Assembly (NCBI GenBank): GCA_003193925.1 | Contig: PSPG01000008.1 | Coordinates: forward strand, 1 to 64,000 | Reading direction: 5' to 3' | Source of the DNA: Candidatus Thalassarchaeum betae | GTDB lineage: Archaea > Thermoplasmatota > Poseidoniia > Poseidoniales > Thalassarchaeaceae | Length of the DNA: 64,000 nucleotides | Shown: positions 47,701 to 57,101 of the stretch, one piece after another | Numbering within the stretch: position 1 is the first letter of the stretch | How the letters are laid out: each line of letters opens with the position of its first letter | Notes under the pieces: model-generated | The model's input: only the letters and a program-made list of their open reading frames with translations | What the model was told of the DNA's origin: nothing | The model's database searches: none | Program-made: the position numbers and the translations under genes

Positions 47701-50274
47701 CGCAGCGCCGTTGTTAGTGCCGGCGTAGAGCCTGTCGGTGCCGATCCTGGCCACCGAGGATACGAAGCGGGAGGGCATCCCGTCCTGATTGCTGACGCAC
47801 TGCTGGAGATCGTAGCTCCAGTTCCATATGCATGCCCCGCGGTTGGATCCGGCGTAAATGCCGTCCGCATCGCTGGTGATGTCGTAGAACACGAACGGGT
47901 CATTGCCCCAGCCGGGTATTGAGGTCGGCAGCATCTGCCAGTTGCTGCCATCCCAGCGAGACAGTCCACCATTGTTCTGGGATCCTGAATTCGCGACGCT
48001 TGAGCCGACCAGCAGACCGCCGTAGAAATCCATGTGCAGCGACAGAACGTCGTCGTCAGGCAGGCTGCCGTCCTGCGTCCAGTGGTCGGAGATGTCGCCG
48101 GTGAGGCGGTCGATCACCAGGATGCCGAATCCGGTCAGCCCGAGGTACAGCGTGTCACCGTCGACGGCCACGGGGGTAGCTTGGAGATTGTCCGCGCCCA
48201 GTGACTGCCACGAGCCGAGGATGGAGACGTCGAACAGGTCGACCCTCATCACGCCGGCGTCGGGGGTCGCGATGTACGCGATGCCGTAGCGCGTAGCGAC
48301 TTCGCTCACGAAGTCGGAGTCGAGGCCGTCCTCGGTGGTCATGACATCGATCAGTGTGTTCGTCGAGGTGTTGATGAGGGAGATTCCAGACTCGAAGTGC
48401 CCGACGACCAGCGTGTTCGAGTTCGCATCGTGAGCGAGGCTCGAGATGAGATCCGAACTGATTCCCTGGGCCGTTCCCTGGAAGTTGCCATTACCGGCTC
48501 CGAATCTCAGCAGTCCCGCACTGAGGGTGCCCACCCAGACCATTCCCTGGGGATCCTGCACGATAGAGGTGACAGCCGTTGGGGCCCAGACAAAGTCAGA
48601 GAGGTCGATCGGGGCCAGCCACGTCTGGGCGGCCTTGTCGAACCTGTCGATGACGTAGCCGCCTGCGACCCATATCTCGCCGTGCTCGCCGTCGTCGATG
48701 TGCGTGACGACCTCCATCGTCGACGAGAACGGGCTGCTGACCAGCACCATGGTGCCGTCCAGAGACTCCCCGACCTGGCGAGCCAGAGTCCCCGAGCCAT
48801 CGCTGACGAGGACGGTGCCTGAATCGGGGCCGCGGTGGCCTTCCGACGGCCAAGCCACGATTGACTCAGCGGAGCTCAGCAGACCCATGTCGGAAACCTG
48901 CCTCTGCGAGCGGAACAGCATGGCGGTGGTGTCGTAGGAGTGTATGGTGTTGGCAGCGAGGATGTGCAGCCAGTCAGCTGTCAAGGCCAGACCGCGAATC
49001 ACGTTCGACGCGAGCCAGTTGTTGGTGGACCATGTGGCGAGCCACGACGAGGCTGCGACGTTATATCGGTTCACGCCGCCGCCTATCGTGGCGATCAGCA
49101 GATGATCGCCCAGCAACTCGAACTGCGTAATCTGATTGCTAGTCAGGTAGTTCGCGGTGCTCCATTGCGTGTTGCTATCGATTGAGATTTGGAGCGGTAG
49201 CGATTCCATCGTTGAGTACTCGATGACTCGGACGCCGCTCCCTGCGGTTCCGATGTAGATGGTGTCGGCGATGATGATCATGTCCGTCGGAACCTCCATC
49301 GAGTCGCTCGAGCAGAAACTGACCTCGGTCCAAGAGGTCTCACCGGGGGTGAGGTGGTGCAAATTGCAGTCAGTCGCCGCCCACACCGTCCCGTATGCAT
49401 CGACGGAGACGGACCGTATTGGCACTGCGTCCTCGATCGCTATCAGATTCTCGAGCTCGGCAGAGTCAGACAGGCGCCGTGACAGGATCTCGCCATCCTC
49501 AGTCCCGATGAGAAGTCTGTTCTCATCCACGTCGAGAGCGATGCTTCGACCCTGGATATCGTAATCGATGTCGATGATCCTCTTGTGCATTTGGTCGTCG
49601 AGGTGTAGCATATCGTCATCGAGAAGCACGTACAGCCGGCCGTCGTGCGGATTGACCGCGCTGTCGTGAATCACCACGTTCAGCGATGAGAACGAGACCC
49701 TGGGGTCAGCCGGGCGAAGGGCCTCGATGACGAGGTCCTCGATGGTCACGCCACTCGGCAGCAGCCACGAGGCGTCGCTGACCGAGTTGGGCTGCAGCCA
49801 GGTGTCGAGGAGACCGCCTTCGACCTCGGGCGGATTATTGGAGAACGAGTTCTGACGGCCGAGATCGCCGTAGTCCCGCCAGTCGAGGATCGGTGTCTGG
49901 GTGTCAAGCAGAGTGATCTGCGGCTCACTCGCCCAGTAGCCCTCACTCCCATCGACTGCGATCTCGAAGGTGAAGTTGTCCAGCAGGGCCCCCGGAGCGA
50001 AGTCGAGGAAGAGGTCGGCATAGGCCAGAGTGCCGCTCGCGGGATCGGCTCCCGTTGCCTCAAGGGAGATCCAACCGGTGTCATTACTGCCTCCCGCACC
50101 CCAAACCTTCGGAGTGGCACGGCTGTCATCAGTCCCGCCGTCGAGATCGCTAGAAGTCATCGCCGACCAGGGCAGCGTAACCATGAGCATTACCAACAGC
50201 AGGGCTAGCCTCTGCTGAGCGCGGTAATTGGACGAATGCGCCGACAGCACGCAACTCCGCCTCTTTGTGGACAT
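41713..50274 (-). CDS. Giant (~2850 aa) cell-surface protein: beta-propeller repeats, Fn3-like repeats, C-terminal TM helix and acidic tail
   Basis: N-terminal hydrophobic signal; recurrent GL(P/x)SxxV plus W(V/A)(G/A)T blade motifs; D-x-P-x-D-x-G...W repeats; TM IAMVSAVMVLIGALMVI; start uncertain. Confidence 0.85.
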   Translation of the reverse strand: MSTKRRSCVLSAHSSNYRAQQRLALLLVMLMVTLPWSAMTSSDLDGGTDDSRATPKVWGAGGSNDTGWISLEATGADPASGTLAYADLFLDFAPGALLDNFTFEIAVDGSEGYWASEPQITLLDTQTPILDWRDYGDLGRQNSFSNNPPEVEGGLLDTWLQPNSVSDASWLLPSGVTIEDLVIEALRPADPRVSFSSLNVVIHDSAVNPHDGRLYVLLDDDMLHLDDQMHKRIIDIDYDIQGRSIALDVDENRLLIGTEDGEILSRRLSDSAELENLIAIEDAVPIRSVSVDAYGTVWAATDCNLHHLTPGETSWTEVSFCSSDSMEVPTDMIIIADTIYIGTAGSGVRVIEYSTMESLPLQISIDSNTQWSTANYLTSNQITQFELLGDHLLIATIGGGVNRYNVAASSWLATWSTNNWLASNVIRGLALTADWLHILAANTIHSYDTTAMLFRSQRQVSDMGLLSSAESIVAWPSEGHRGPDSGTVLVSDGSGTLARQVGESLDGTMVLVSSPFSSTMEVVTHIDDGEHGEIWVAGGYVIDRFDKAAQTWLAPIDLSDFVWAPTAVTSIVQDPQGMVWVGTLSAGLLRFGAGNGNFQGTAQGISSDLISSLAHDANSNTLVVGHFESGISLINTSTNTLIDVMTTEDGLDSDFVSEVATRYGIAYIATPDAGVMRVDLFDVSILGSWQSLGADNLQATPVAVDGDTLYLGLTGFGILVIDRLTGDISDHWTQDGSLPDDDVLSLHMDFYGGLLVGSSVANSGSQNNGGLSRWDGSNWQMLPTSIPGWGNDPFVFYDITSDADGIYAGSNRGACIWNWSYDLQQCVSNQDGMPSRFVSSVARIGTDRLYAGTNNGAAIINTINGSVIEVWSAGDDTQRARTVKIGDILYLGFENTGIARYDLVNQEWLQAWDGTQGYIDDDDVTTLVHGRSAGTMWAGGDFGLTLIDVVNDTVLKSWNRGPNTDGPTLSDTPPADIEIIGNVLHYSLQRSNSWWATNGEIFRINLDNNTSLSTLYVALQIGSSTVVHGIGTVGEELWIGARPQSNNNGVGTIVRWNASNESWAENLDTIGNIQRVNARFLGDCFPVATNSCELWVAYGNNIMRRFQASNMTLLNEWYDIEGPIRGMEEWNGTYVFASMNGILRWDPLNESWLSSWVEDDGLPSGSEEQFYSMSLIDNDLWVGSYQGGWNSNSEIMRLDDATDNWTTWELGTGDIPNGYPADIQLCNDIIHVAIGRLSWWGNQGGIARFDLADWDHDGITHEWIAPMTDSSQGLSDDDPRAIACDEHNDVMYIGFDTEGIGFDRYNYNTNLFMRRLTSSDGISEDRIFPGGMLHHNNVLLAAHQYINTGGISRIVTSGTSTANGQILDSGMDGCSIERAPSATGPVYAIGRSGQTTGLNRVDRLDSTGLIASGFDELTGLTSGRVVEFESNETHVWVALTSSSNGYYASSVLQGELLANGSVRWEFGYNANQDVINSMQLDGEQVWLSTAGRGLWSIDISNRVLAPTPAALHMQMDGMVIDPDDEDTMYVGLMGAQGSAAGFQNFYTDSRTWGHGSLIAGLPSDIVSDFLEYGDHILVATMGGIGMWNTTRDDWDDPITTIDGLPTPIIEHLFAIDTPIQGNGAVLVGGPAGLTVLHEDNLSVLTTLNFADGLVGNRVSGIAYAEAYSRLVNNPDGSTTVLHHDAALFISHNGQGSTRPGAVAWDIATDSANGTYHIDMIPNNDVRAITTDDWGVHIATTSEPLVHWNGTSVEMESGLGARPLLSWPPFQMVSDGDYIAVLSPRGIDVVKSGGDHSGVASELLPGLSAAYVDNTGLYVVGQDGLHIFNPVESLRELDRGHQRRANPLLALFAGSSWDITHTAHPGMPTVLINDENPIQIPQGAEQWLPGKLPLFTGALTLSAPQSGAWVWAESKSLNYSGSWDLASMNPTIVTSFQTAISNLAPGSTSAQLHVQMQTPQNGTIQVRITYDWERVEIPTEMTSLIDRPNDGGGVLLASWLPAEDAAWQAYGLYVWDSTDNPDWEPTQEELSEFSTHMHIYFWSQTTATVTTADRDGTATSLSDDREYRAAIAIQYPDGSIGLPMSWPDSATPTDEVPFPPGWLTAEPVSGGSAGTVFVEWFACMEFDPDRTRIWAVQQPITSAIALSGGIDVAFGTGNSTVLQLEPGKTFWFAAVCVDEAGQFDAANATIVGPVVTAGGLDDGIPPAPITDTTAVDAPDDEGGRILVTWTPSDEEDCTFHTIYALPASGFQPPTTVDGWPVAEYVLDCTTSEIVIDSMGDSPLENGIVYWVGVVASDDWGNENLDDVLVVDATPLSNVAGVGQPPHRVLGLNAWDHPDDDGTAIDIMWNRSLAPDFSHYVIWVSEYPLNDLTEIWANCGDDPASCGLIEIDQRQIGGAFQLQITVTSALYGNTVSDLRLQTIRPSIPLYVTVTTHDILGNVYLTDMEEHMVLVSPLDNRGDISPPDRLSAPLLRDRSPDDGDGMLVSFFESEASDVGEYWIYASAGAPFDSVGGMEPALVVGREAQMPILLETLSDGRSLAPSVPVWVVVAAVDTSGNYWDSNLQGAMISLVDENSLDPGLHLPEITGIRANWNPSGRHVEIRWDAVNDPQVESYMVFIGKEPFERTSDSILVGTLDDSTTMMILTDIEGEKLDNAATHWLAVVAYDGEVHRLAVDPLEVRPWSESSFGSSEGSEGGAGDSWYDQLMDGDMNTLIAMVSAVMVLIGALMVIRPREPTAPEPWELGALEVELEEEMTREAAGLSDAEESLESNDEHAPSFATESDAQLDVDEDAEAPAASEEVVDELLGDESGDVDLEDLDDMADDLDFDDLGDMAEDLNEVDEDVDASFLDDML

Positions 50275-50465
50275 TATGAAAGAAGTGGGTCGATGTTTCT
50301 GACATGCTCGGTCCGCCGAAGGCGGAATAACCGAAAATAAAAACGATTTGAAACCTTTCGATATCGCTTCCTCACAGGCCGATAATGCGTGTTTTCTCAT
50401 TAGGATAGCATCATAGCAGAGGGGTGTGCCCGAAGGGCCCCGGGGGTGGGATCCTGAACGATGAC

Positions 50466-52736
50466 ATGCTCCGAAAGGACGCATTGGACTACCACTCGTC
50501 GAAACCCGCCGGAAAAATCACCGTAGTGCCGAGCAAGCCACATGGAACCCAGCGCGAGCTCTCACTGGCGTACTCTCCGGGAGTCGCCTATCCCTGCAAG
50601 GAGATCGAGAAGAACCCCGACGATGCCTACCGCTACACCTCGAAGGGCAATCTGGTGGCTGTCGTCAGTAACGGGACCGCCGTCCTCGGACTCGGTGACA
50701 TCGGCGCGCTCGCCGGCAAGCCGGTGATGGAGGGCAAAGGGCTCCTGTTCAAGGCGTTCGCGGACATCGACGTCTTCGACATCGAAGTCGACAGGACGGA
50801 TGTCGACGAGTTCGTCGAGGCCGTCAAGGCGATAGCCCCGACCTTCGGTGGCATCAACCTCGAGGACATCAAGGCCCCCGAGTGCTTCGAAATCGAGCGC
50901 AGGCTGGTCGAGGAGCTCGACATCCCGGTCATGCACGACGATCAGCACGGCACCGCGATCATCTCCGGGGCGGCGCTGCTGAACGGCCTCGAGGTTGTCG
51001 AGAAGGACATCTCTGAGATCAAGGTCGTAGTCTCGGGCGCAGGCGCCTCGGCGATCTCCTCCGCTCACCACTACATCAGACTCGGAGTCAAGCCGGAGAA
51101 CATGATTCTGGTCGACTCGAAGGGGATCCTGACGAACTCGCGCCTAGAAGCCGGTGAGCTGAACGAGTACAAGGCAGAGTTCGCCCGCGACTTGGCTGAC
51201 GGTGACCTCGCATCAGTGATGGATGGCGCCGATCTGTTCCTCGGGCTGTCGCGCGGCGGCCTAGTGAGCGGTGAGATGGTGGCGAAGATGGCGAAGCGCC
51301 CGCTAATCTTCGCCCTCGCCAACCCGGATCCAGAGATCACCCCCGAGGAGGTGTACGCGGTCCGCGAGGACGCGATTGTCGCGACCGGACGCTCCGACCA
51401 CCCGAACCAGATCAACAACGTCCTCGGGTTCCCCTACATCTTCCGTGGGGCGCTCGATGTCAGGGCGAAGGAAATCACTGAGGGCATGAAAATGGCAGCG
51501 ACCCACGCCATCGCCGAGCTCGCCAAGCAGCCTGTGCCGGATGATGTCGCAGCGGCTTACGGCGGCGAGCAGCTGCAATTCGGTCCCGAGTACCTCATCC
51601 CAAAGCCGTTCGACGCGCGCATGCTCATCTGGGAGGCCAGCGCGGTGGCCGAGGCTGCGGTCAGCGAGGGCGTCGCGCGAGTGTCCGCAGAGGAGTTTGA
51701 TGTCGTGGGCTACCGCGAGGAGCTCGAGGCCCGCCTCGGTTTGACTCGGTCCATCATGCGCAGGGTGATTAACATCGCCAAGAAGGAGTCGAAGAGGATC
51801 GTCTTCTCGGAGGGCGAGGACCCCACCATCATCAAGGCGGCCTCGCAGTGCATCGCAGAGGGAATCTGCGAGCCGGTCCTGCTCGGACAGCTCGAGCGGA
51901 TAGACGCCGTCAAGGAGGAGCTGGGGCTCGACTTCGAATGCGAGACCATCGATGTCAGGTACGACCCGCGCAGGCGAACGACCTACGCGGATGAGTTGCA
52001 CAGGCTGCGGGGTCGGAAGGGAGTGGCCATGGAGGACGCTGTGCGCCTGCTGAAGTCGACGACCTACTTCGCGCCGATGATGGTCCGCATGGGAGACGCT
52101 GATGGCTATCTCGGAGGTGTCTCGCACCACTACCCGGACATAGTCAGGCCGTGCCTGCATACTATCGGGCCGGACCCAGACTCACACAGAATCGTCGGGA
52201 TGTACATGATGACCGTCAACGGCCAACTCATGTTCATCGGCGATGCGACCATCAACATCTACCCGGATGCCAGGACCCTGGCCGAGATAGCAGTGCAGAC
52301 AGCCAAAGTCGCACGCCGCTTCGGTGTTCAGCCCAAGGTGGCGATGTTGTCATTCTCCAACTTCGGGACCTCGGGAGAACTGCGCACCGACAGAATCGAG
52401 GAGGCGATAGCCATCGCGCGCGAGCTGGACCCGGACCTCGTCATCGACGGGCCCATGCAGGCTGACACCGCGCTGGTCCCCGAAATCCAGAAGGACTACC
52501 CGTTCATGGCCTTCGACGGCCCCGCCAACGTCCTGATCTGCCCTAACCTCTCCTCGGCTAACATCGCCTACAAGCTCCTACAGAGGATTGCGGGAGCAGA
52601 GATGACGGGGCCGATTCTAGAGGGTCTCTCCAAGCCCGCGCACGTGCTGCAGCGCGGTGACAGCGTGCGCGATGTGGTCCACATGGCCGCAATCTGCGCT
52701 GTCGATGCCCAGAGGCAAACGAGACAGCGTCTCTGA
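50466..52736 (+). CDS. maeB: NADP-dependent malic enzyme with phosphotransacetylase-like C-terminal domain
   Basis: [45 protein letters not shown]; PTA-like domain IVFSEGE...AMLSFSNFG...DGPMQAD. Confidence 0.96.
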   Translation: MLRKDALDYHSSKPAGKITVVPSKPHGTQRELSLAYSPGVAYPCKEIEKNPDDAYRYTSKGNLVAVVSNGTAVLGLGDIGALAGKPVMEGKGLLFKAFADIDVFDIEVDRTDVDEFVEAVKAIAPTFGGINLEDIKAPECFEIERRLVEELDIPVMHDDQHGTAIISGAALLNGLEVVEKDISEIKVVVSGAGASAISSAHHYIRLGVKPENMILVDSKGILTNSRLEAGELNEYKAEFARDLADGDLASVMDGADLFLGLSRGGLVSGEMVAKMAKRPLIFALANPDPEITPEEVYAVREDAIVATGRSDHPNQINNVLGFPYIFRGALDVRAKEITEGMKMAATHAIAELAKQPVPDDVAAAYGGEQLQFGPEYLIPKPFDARMLIWEASAVAEAAVSEGVARVSAEEFDVVGYREELEARLGLTRSIMRRVINIAKKESKRIVFSEGEDPTIIKAASQCIAEGICEPVLLGQLERIDAVKEELGLDFECETIDVRYDPRRRTTYADELHRLRGRKGVAMEDAVRLLKSTTYFAPMMVRMGDADGYLGGVSHHYPDIVRPCLHTIGPDPDSHRIVGMYMMTVNGQLMFIGDATINIYPDARTLAEIAVQTAKVARRFGVQPKVAMLSFSNFGTSGELRTDRIEEAIAIARELDPDLVIDGPMQADTALVPEIQKDYPFMAFDGPANVLICPNLSSANIAYKLLQRIAGAEMTGPILEGLSKPAHVLQRGDSVRDVVHMAAICAVDAQRQTRQRL

Positions 52737-52782
52737 GTGAATCAGTCCCTACCCTATGTTCGGGGTTTCAGTGGGTTCGACT

Positions 52783-54732
52783 TCAGGACCAAGTGAGTGC
52801 GGATGCATCCATTGTAGCCAACCTGCAGGTCATGCCCTCACACAACCAACCCCCCCATTCCGCTTCCCCGCGGTCCTTGCCACTCATGGGCTCACAGCTG
52901 GAGGCGACCAACTGATTCCAAGCAGCGGTGCGCCTTAGATTCTCGACCTCGGCAGGTTCACTCCCCGAGTGATGGATGAACCAGACTTGGCCTGGTTCTG
53001 CAAATCCTTGGGCAGCGCAGATTAGAGCCCAGTGGCCACCAGCTCTGGCGACTAGGTCGTCCCCTGCACTGATTATCGCCTTCTCGGCCGATCCCCTCCA
53101 CTCATCGGCTTGGGAGTGGTCAGGCCATAGCAGCAACAGGGTTCGCAGCAGTTCAACCACCACCGCCGTAGCACCCGGTACCGCAGAATCGGAGACGGAC
53201 CTCTGTCTGACGGGAAGTTCAGTGTGGTCGGCGCTGGTCATCCAGAAGCCACCATCAGGGTCGGCGAATATTTTGAGCAGCTGGCTGGTAATCTCGAGGC
53301 TCCGGTGTAAGCATTCCTTGTCATCCCAGCGTATTCCCCAGCGTAGTAGACCGAGTGCAGCCCATGCATAATCATCTAGGAAACCCGGCCCCCCCAGAGT
53401 GTCGCCCCTTCTTGTACGAAGGACGTCCTTACGAGACAGGAACTCCTTGCAGATATGCTGGCCAATGCTCTTCGCATCATCTTCGGGTAAATCTGCACAG
53501 GCGACCAACAGCATGCCGTTCCACGCGGTAAGCACCTTGTCATCTGTACCGGGCCGAGCCCGCTCGGACCGCTTCTTGAGAAGGTGAATGCGTAAGTCTT
53601 CATCATCATCGAGCCCGTTGACCTCATGTAGTGATAGTACGCTTCGACCACTGTTCTCGAAGTTACCCTGCTCGGTGATTCCGAAGCGTTCGCAGGCCAC
53701 TGTATCCTCAGCCTGTTCGGGAGTCCACAAGTAGAATTCTCCTTCCTCAGATTTCCCATCTTCTCCGACCGAGTCAGCGTCGAGAGTCGACCACACACCT
53801 CCGGAGGGGTCTAGCATCTCATTGCGAATCCATTCTAATGTCAGTCCGATCACCCTGTCATTCTGGCTCCCTATTCCGAGGCGACGCGCCTTCTCGTGAA
53901 CCGCTAGCATCAGGGCGTTGTCGTAGAGCATCTTCTCGAAGTGAGGAACTTCCCATCCAGCATCCACGCAATACCTATGCCAGCCACCTGCGAGATGGTC
54001 GAATAGACCACGGGTTGCCATAACGTCCAACGAATGAGAAACGGTGTCTCTCTCTCCTGCACGTAGCAAGCCTTCCATATCCATAGGGTGCGGAAACTTC
54101 GGAGCACCCACTATTCCTCCATTGACGGGGTCGTAGACCCTCTTGGAGTGGCTCAGCGCAGCCAATATGGATTCCTTGATCAGAGATTCAACATCTTGTG
54201 ATGATCCCCCTCCTATCGATGATTTCTGGATTTGCTCCGTAATCAGTTCCGAGGAGTTGATGACCTGCTCGCGTTGCTCATGCCATGCCTGCACGACGCT
54301 CTCGATCAGTCGTCCCCATGATGGTTTGTTGTAGCGTTGTACGGGAGGGAAGTAGGTGCCTGCGAAGAACGGTTTGAGCGTGTCCGGGTCGACAAACACA
54401 TTCAGCGGCCAGCCTCCACCGCCCGTGTAAATCTGGCACGCCGCCATATACAGCGCATCGACATCCGGACTCTCCTCACGGTCGACCTTAATGCAGACAA
54501 GTGATTCATTCATCTGTTTAGCCGTCAGCTCATCATTGAATGATTCGTGCTCCATCACGTGACACCAATGACAGGCGGCGTACCCGATGGATACGAGCAG
54601 GGGTCGGTCTAGTTTCTTGGCCAGTTCGATGGCTTCCTCATCCCATGGTTGCCAAGAGACTGGATTAGAGGCGTGCTGGAGCAGATATGGCGAGGTACAT
54701 CCGCCGAGTCGGTTGGTGACCTCATCTGCCAT
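52783..54732 (-). CDS. YyaL/SSP411 (DUF255) thioredoxin-domain plus alpha/alpha-barrel protein
   Basis: [58 protein letters not shown]. Confidence 0.92.
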   Translation of the reverse strand: MADEVTNRLGGCTSPYLLQHASNPVSWQPWDEEAIELAKKLDRPLLVSIGYAACHWCHVMEHESFNDELTAKQMNESLVCIKVDREESPDVDALYMAACQIYTGGGGWPLNVFVDPDTLKPFFAGTYFPPVQRYNKPSWGRLIESVVQAWHEQREQVINSSELITEQIQKSSIGGGSSQDVESLIKESILAALSHSKRVYDPVNGGIVGAPKFPHPMDMEGLLRAGERDTVSHSLDVMATRGLFDHLAGGWHRYCVDAGWEVPHFEKMLYDNALMLAVHEKARRLGIGSQNDRVIGLTLEWIRNEMLDPSGGVWSTLDADSVGEDGKSEEGEFYLWTPEQAEDTVACERFGITEQGNFENSGRSVLSLHEVNGLDDDEDLRIHLLKKRSERARPGTDDKVLTAWNGMLLVACADLPEDDAKSIGQHICKEFLSRKDVLRTRRGDTLGGPGFLDDYAWAALGLLRWGIRWDDKECLHRSLEITSQLLKIFADPDGGFWMTSADHTELPVRQRSVSDSAVPGATAVVVELLRTLLLLWPDHSQADEWRGSAEKAIISAGDDLVARAGGHWALICAAQGFAEPGQVWFIHHSGSEPAEVENLRRTAAWNQLVASSCEPMSGKDRGEAEWGGWLCEGMTCRLATMDASALTWS

Positions 54733-54871
54733 GGTGCGCCATCGAGTTCAGGCACATGAACCCGAGTATCATTGAGACCGTGCATCACCCCTTGGCCTCT
54801 ACAGTACGAAGCGGGGGGTGAAACACAGGCGAAACAGAGAGTTCGCCTCGGGCCTGGTCCCGCCCGGGGGC

Positions 54872-55267
54872 CTAGCCGAGTTCGTGGCCGGTGGTACTGT
54901 CGACATGTTCGGGAAGGTCTCCCTCGTGGTGGTCCCCGGTCGACGAGGTCCCGGACAGCTCAAACATCAGGATCGACGCGCCCGGTGACGTGGGCCTGTG
55001 GAAAACGCCCCTAGGAACGACGTAGGTATCCCCTTTGAGGAGTGTCACCGTGTGCTCTGTGCCGTCGTCGCTGCGCATGGCGATATCAAACCGCCCGTCG
55101 AGCACGAGGAAGAACTCGTCGGTGTACTCGTGGACGTGCCACACGTGCTCACCCTCGACATGCGCGATGCGGACGTCGTAGTCGTTCATCCTAGCGACGA
55201 TGCGCGGACTCCAGATAGCGTCGAACGAGGCGAGGGCTTCCGACAGGTTCACTGGTCCTTGCCCCAT
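54872..55267 (-). CDS. Cupin-domain protein
   Basis: WHVHEYTDEFFLV and VVPRGVFHRP cupin motifs. Confidence 0.88.
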   Translation of the reverse strand: MGQGPVNLSEALASFDAIWSPRIVARMNDYDVRIAHVEGEHVWHVHEYTDEFFLVLDGRFDIAMRSDDGTEHTVTLLKGDTYVVPRGVFHRPTSPGASILMFELSGTSSTGDHHEGDLPEHVDSTTGHELG

Positions 55268-55365
55268 GCATATCCGATTGCTCCCACTTGCATAACTGTT
55301 GTTGATTGCTTACACTCGACTTCGTTCAGGTGCATAATTCAAAGTCGCAGTGGGTACCCACTGAG

Positions 55366-56970
55366 TCAGCCTATAACTCGAGGCGCGGATGAGAGGACTT
55401 CCTCGCTGCAATCCTCGGCGTATTGCTCGAAATTGTCGATGAGTAAGTCCGCCACATTGTCGTACTTCCTCTTGTCATGCCATGTTTCGCGAGGCTGGAG
55501 GATTTTGTCAGGGACCCCCTGGCAAGTGGTCGGGACTTGAAATCCGAAGCGCTCGTCCTCCACGAACAGGACATCGTCCAAGTCTCCGTCTAGAGCCGCG
55601 TTCAGAAGTGCTCGGGTCCACTTGATCTTGATTCGGCTGCTCTCTAGATGACCGCCTGCGACCCAGCCGGTGTTGATCAGCCAGCACTTGGCATCGTTCT
55701 CGCGGATCTTCTTCGACAGCAGGTCGGCGTAGACGCGTGGGTGACGAGGCATGAAGGGTGCACCGAAGCAGGTCGAGAAGGTGGCTTGGGGCTCGGTGAT
55801 TCCGACTTCGGTCCCAGCGACCTTCGCAGTGTATCCCGACATGAAGTGGTAAGCGGCCTGTTCGGGGCTCAGCTTGGACAGAGGGGGTAGCACGCCGAAG
55901 GCGTCGCATGTCAGGAAGACCACGTTCTTCGGATTTCCCGCCATGGAATCCGGAGTGCGGTTCTCTATGGCCTCGATCGGGTAGGAGCAACGGGTGTTCT
56001 GGGTCAGGGAGTCGTTGTCGAAGTCGGGCGTCCCATCAGCGTTCAGCACGACGTTCTCCAGGATCGAGCCGGGTCTGTGGGTTGTTGCGTAGATCGCCGG
56101 CTCGTCCTCCTCGGACAATCTGATCAGCTTGGCGTAGCAACCACCCTCGAAGTTGAACACGCCGTTGTCGGACCAGCCGTGCTCATCATCGCCGACCAAG
56201 GCTCTTCCCGGATCAGCGGAGAGGGTGGTCTTGCCGGTCCCGGAGAGCCCGAAGAAGAGGGCTGAGTTCTCGCCGTCGGTGTTGGCCGAGCAGTGCATAG
56301 GCAGGAGGCCTTCAGTAGGCAGAATGTGATTCATGATGGTGAAGATGGCCTTCTTGATCTCGCCCGCGTAGTGGGTGCCGCCGATTATCGCCAGCCCACG
56401 GTCGAGGGCGAGGATGATGAAGACGTCTGAATTGACGCCATCGGTCTTTGGTTCTGATCTCAGGTCGGGGGCGTGGAGAATGGTGTACTGCGGGACGTGT
56501 GAGACCAGATCTTTCTTTGAGGCGCGCAGGAACATGTTGTGCATGAAAGCGGCGTGCCACGCCTTCTCAGTGACCAGCCTGACTGGCATTCGGTACTCCG
56601 GGTCCGCCCCGCAGAAGGCGTCCTTGACGAACAGAAAATCAGAGTTGTCCAAGTGCTGTCTGGTCTTCTCCAGAAGGCCCTCGAACACCTCCGGGTCGAT
56701 CGGCATGTTCACCTCGCCCCACCGGACGTGCTCAGCGAGTCCGGGCTCGTTGACGATGAAGCGGTCGTTCGGCGAGCGGCCTGTGCGCTCGCCGGTGGTG
56801 GCTAGCAGAACCCCGTGGGCTGTGAGTTTGCCCTCACCCCGCTCAATGGAGATCCTGTGTAGCTCCTCCCAGCCCAAGTTCCAGTGCACTGCGCCTTGGG
56901 GGTCGAGCCCGTGGGAGGCAAGAGGGGTTGCGAAGTTGCGGGAGTCACCTGGCATTGAGGATGGCTCCAT
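55366..56970 (-). CDS. pckA: Phosphoenolpyruvate carboxykinase (ATP)
   Basis: TGRSP, YAGEIKK, MHCSAN, GLSGTGKTTLS, GDDEHGW, FNFEGGCYAK, NTRCSYP; start 56970 or 56955. Confidence 0.96.
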   Translation of the reverse strand: MEPSSMPGDSRNFATPLASHGLDPQGAVHWNLGWEELHRISIERGEGKLTAHGVLLATTGERTGRSPNDRFIVNEPGLAEHVRWGEVNMPIDPEVFEGLLEKTRQHLDNSDFLFVKDAFCGADPEYRMPVRLVTEKAWHAAFMHNMFLRASKKDLVSHVPQYTILHAPDLRSEPKTDGVNSDVFIILALDRGLAIIGGTHYAGEIKKAIFTIMNHILPTEGLLPMHCSANTDGENSALFFGLSGTGKTTLSADPGRALVGDDEHGWSDNGVFNFEGGCYAKLIRLSEEDEPAIYATTHRPGSILENVVLNADGTPDFDNDSLTQNTRCSYPIEAIENRTPDSMAGNPKNVVFLTCDAFGVLPPLSKLSPEQAAYHFMSGYTAKVAGTEVGITEPQATFSTCFGAPFMPRHPRVYADLLSKKIRENDAKCWLINTGWVAGGHLESSRIKIKWTRALLNAALDGDLDDVLFVEDERFGFQVPTTCQGVPDKILQPRETWHDKRKYDNVADLLIDNFEQYAEDCSEEVLSSAPRVIG

Positions 56971-57101
56971 GACGGCCGACGCCGAGATTCCCCCTTCAAG
57001 CGTTGCGGCTAGGCTACCGACCTCGTGAATGGCGAAAGCCACTGTTCCGAGTGCTCTGGCTGGGGATGCGATTATGCGGGAGTGGCTTCGGTCGGGATTT
57101 G

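Noticed and set aside
54818-54825. GTGAAACA resembling half of a bacterial parS
   Set aside because: Only a half site, not palindromic and far from parA; no full parS was noticed in the window by eye
55420-55460. pckA C-terminus appears a few residues shorter than usual (ADLLIDNF)
   Set aside because: In frame with all catalytic motifs intact; not enough to call a pseudogene
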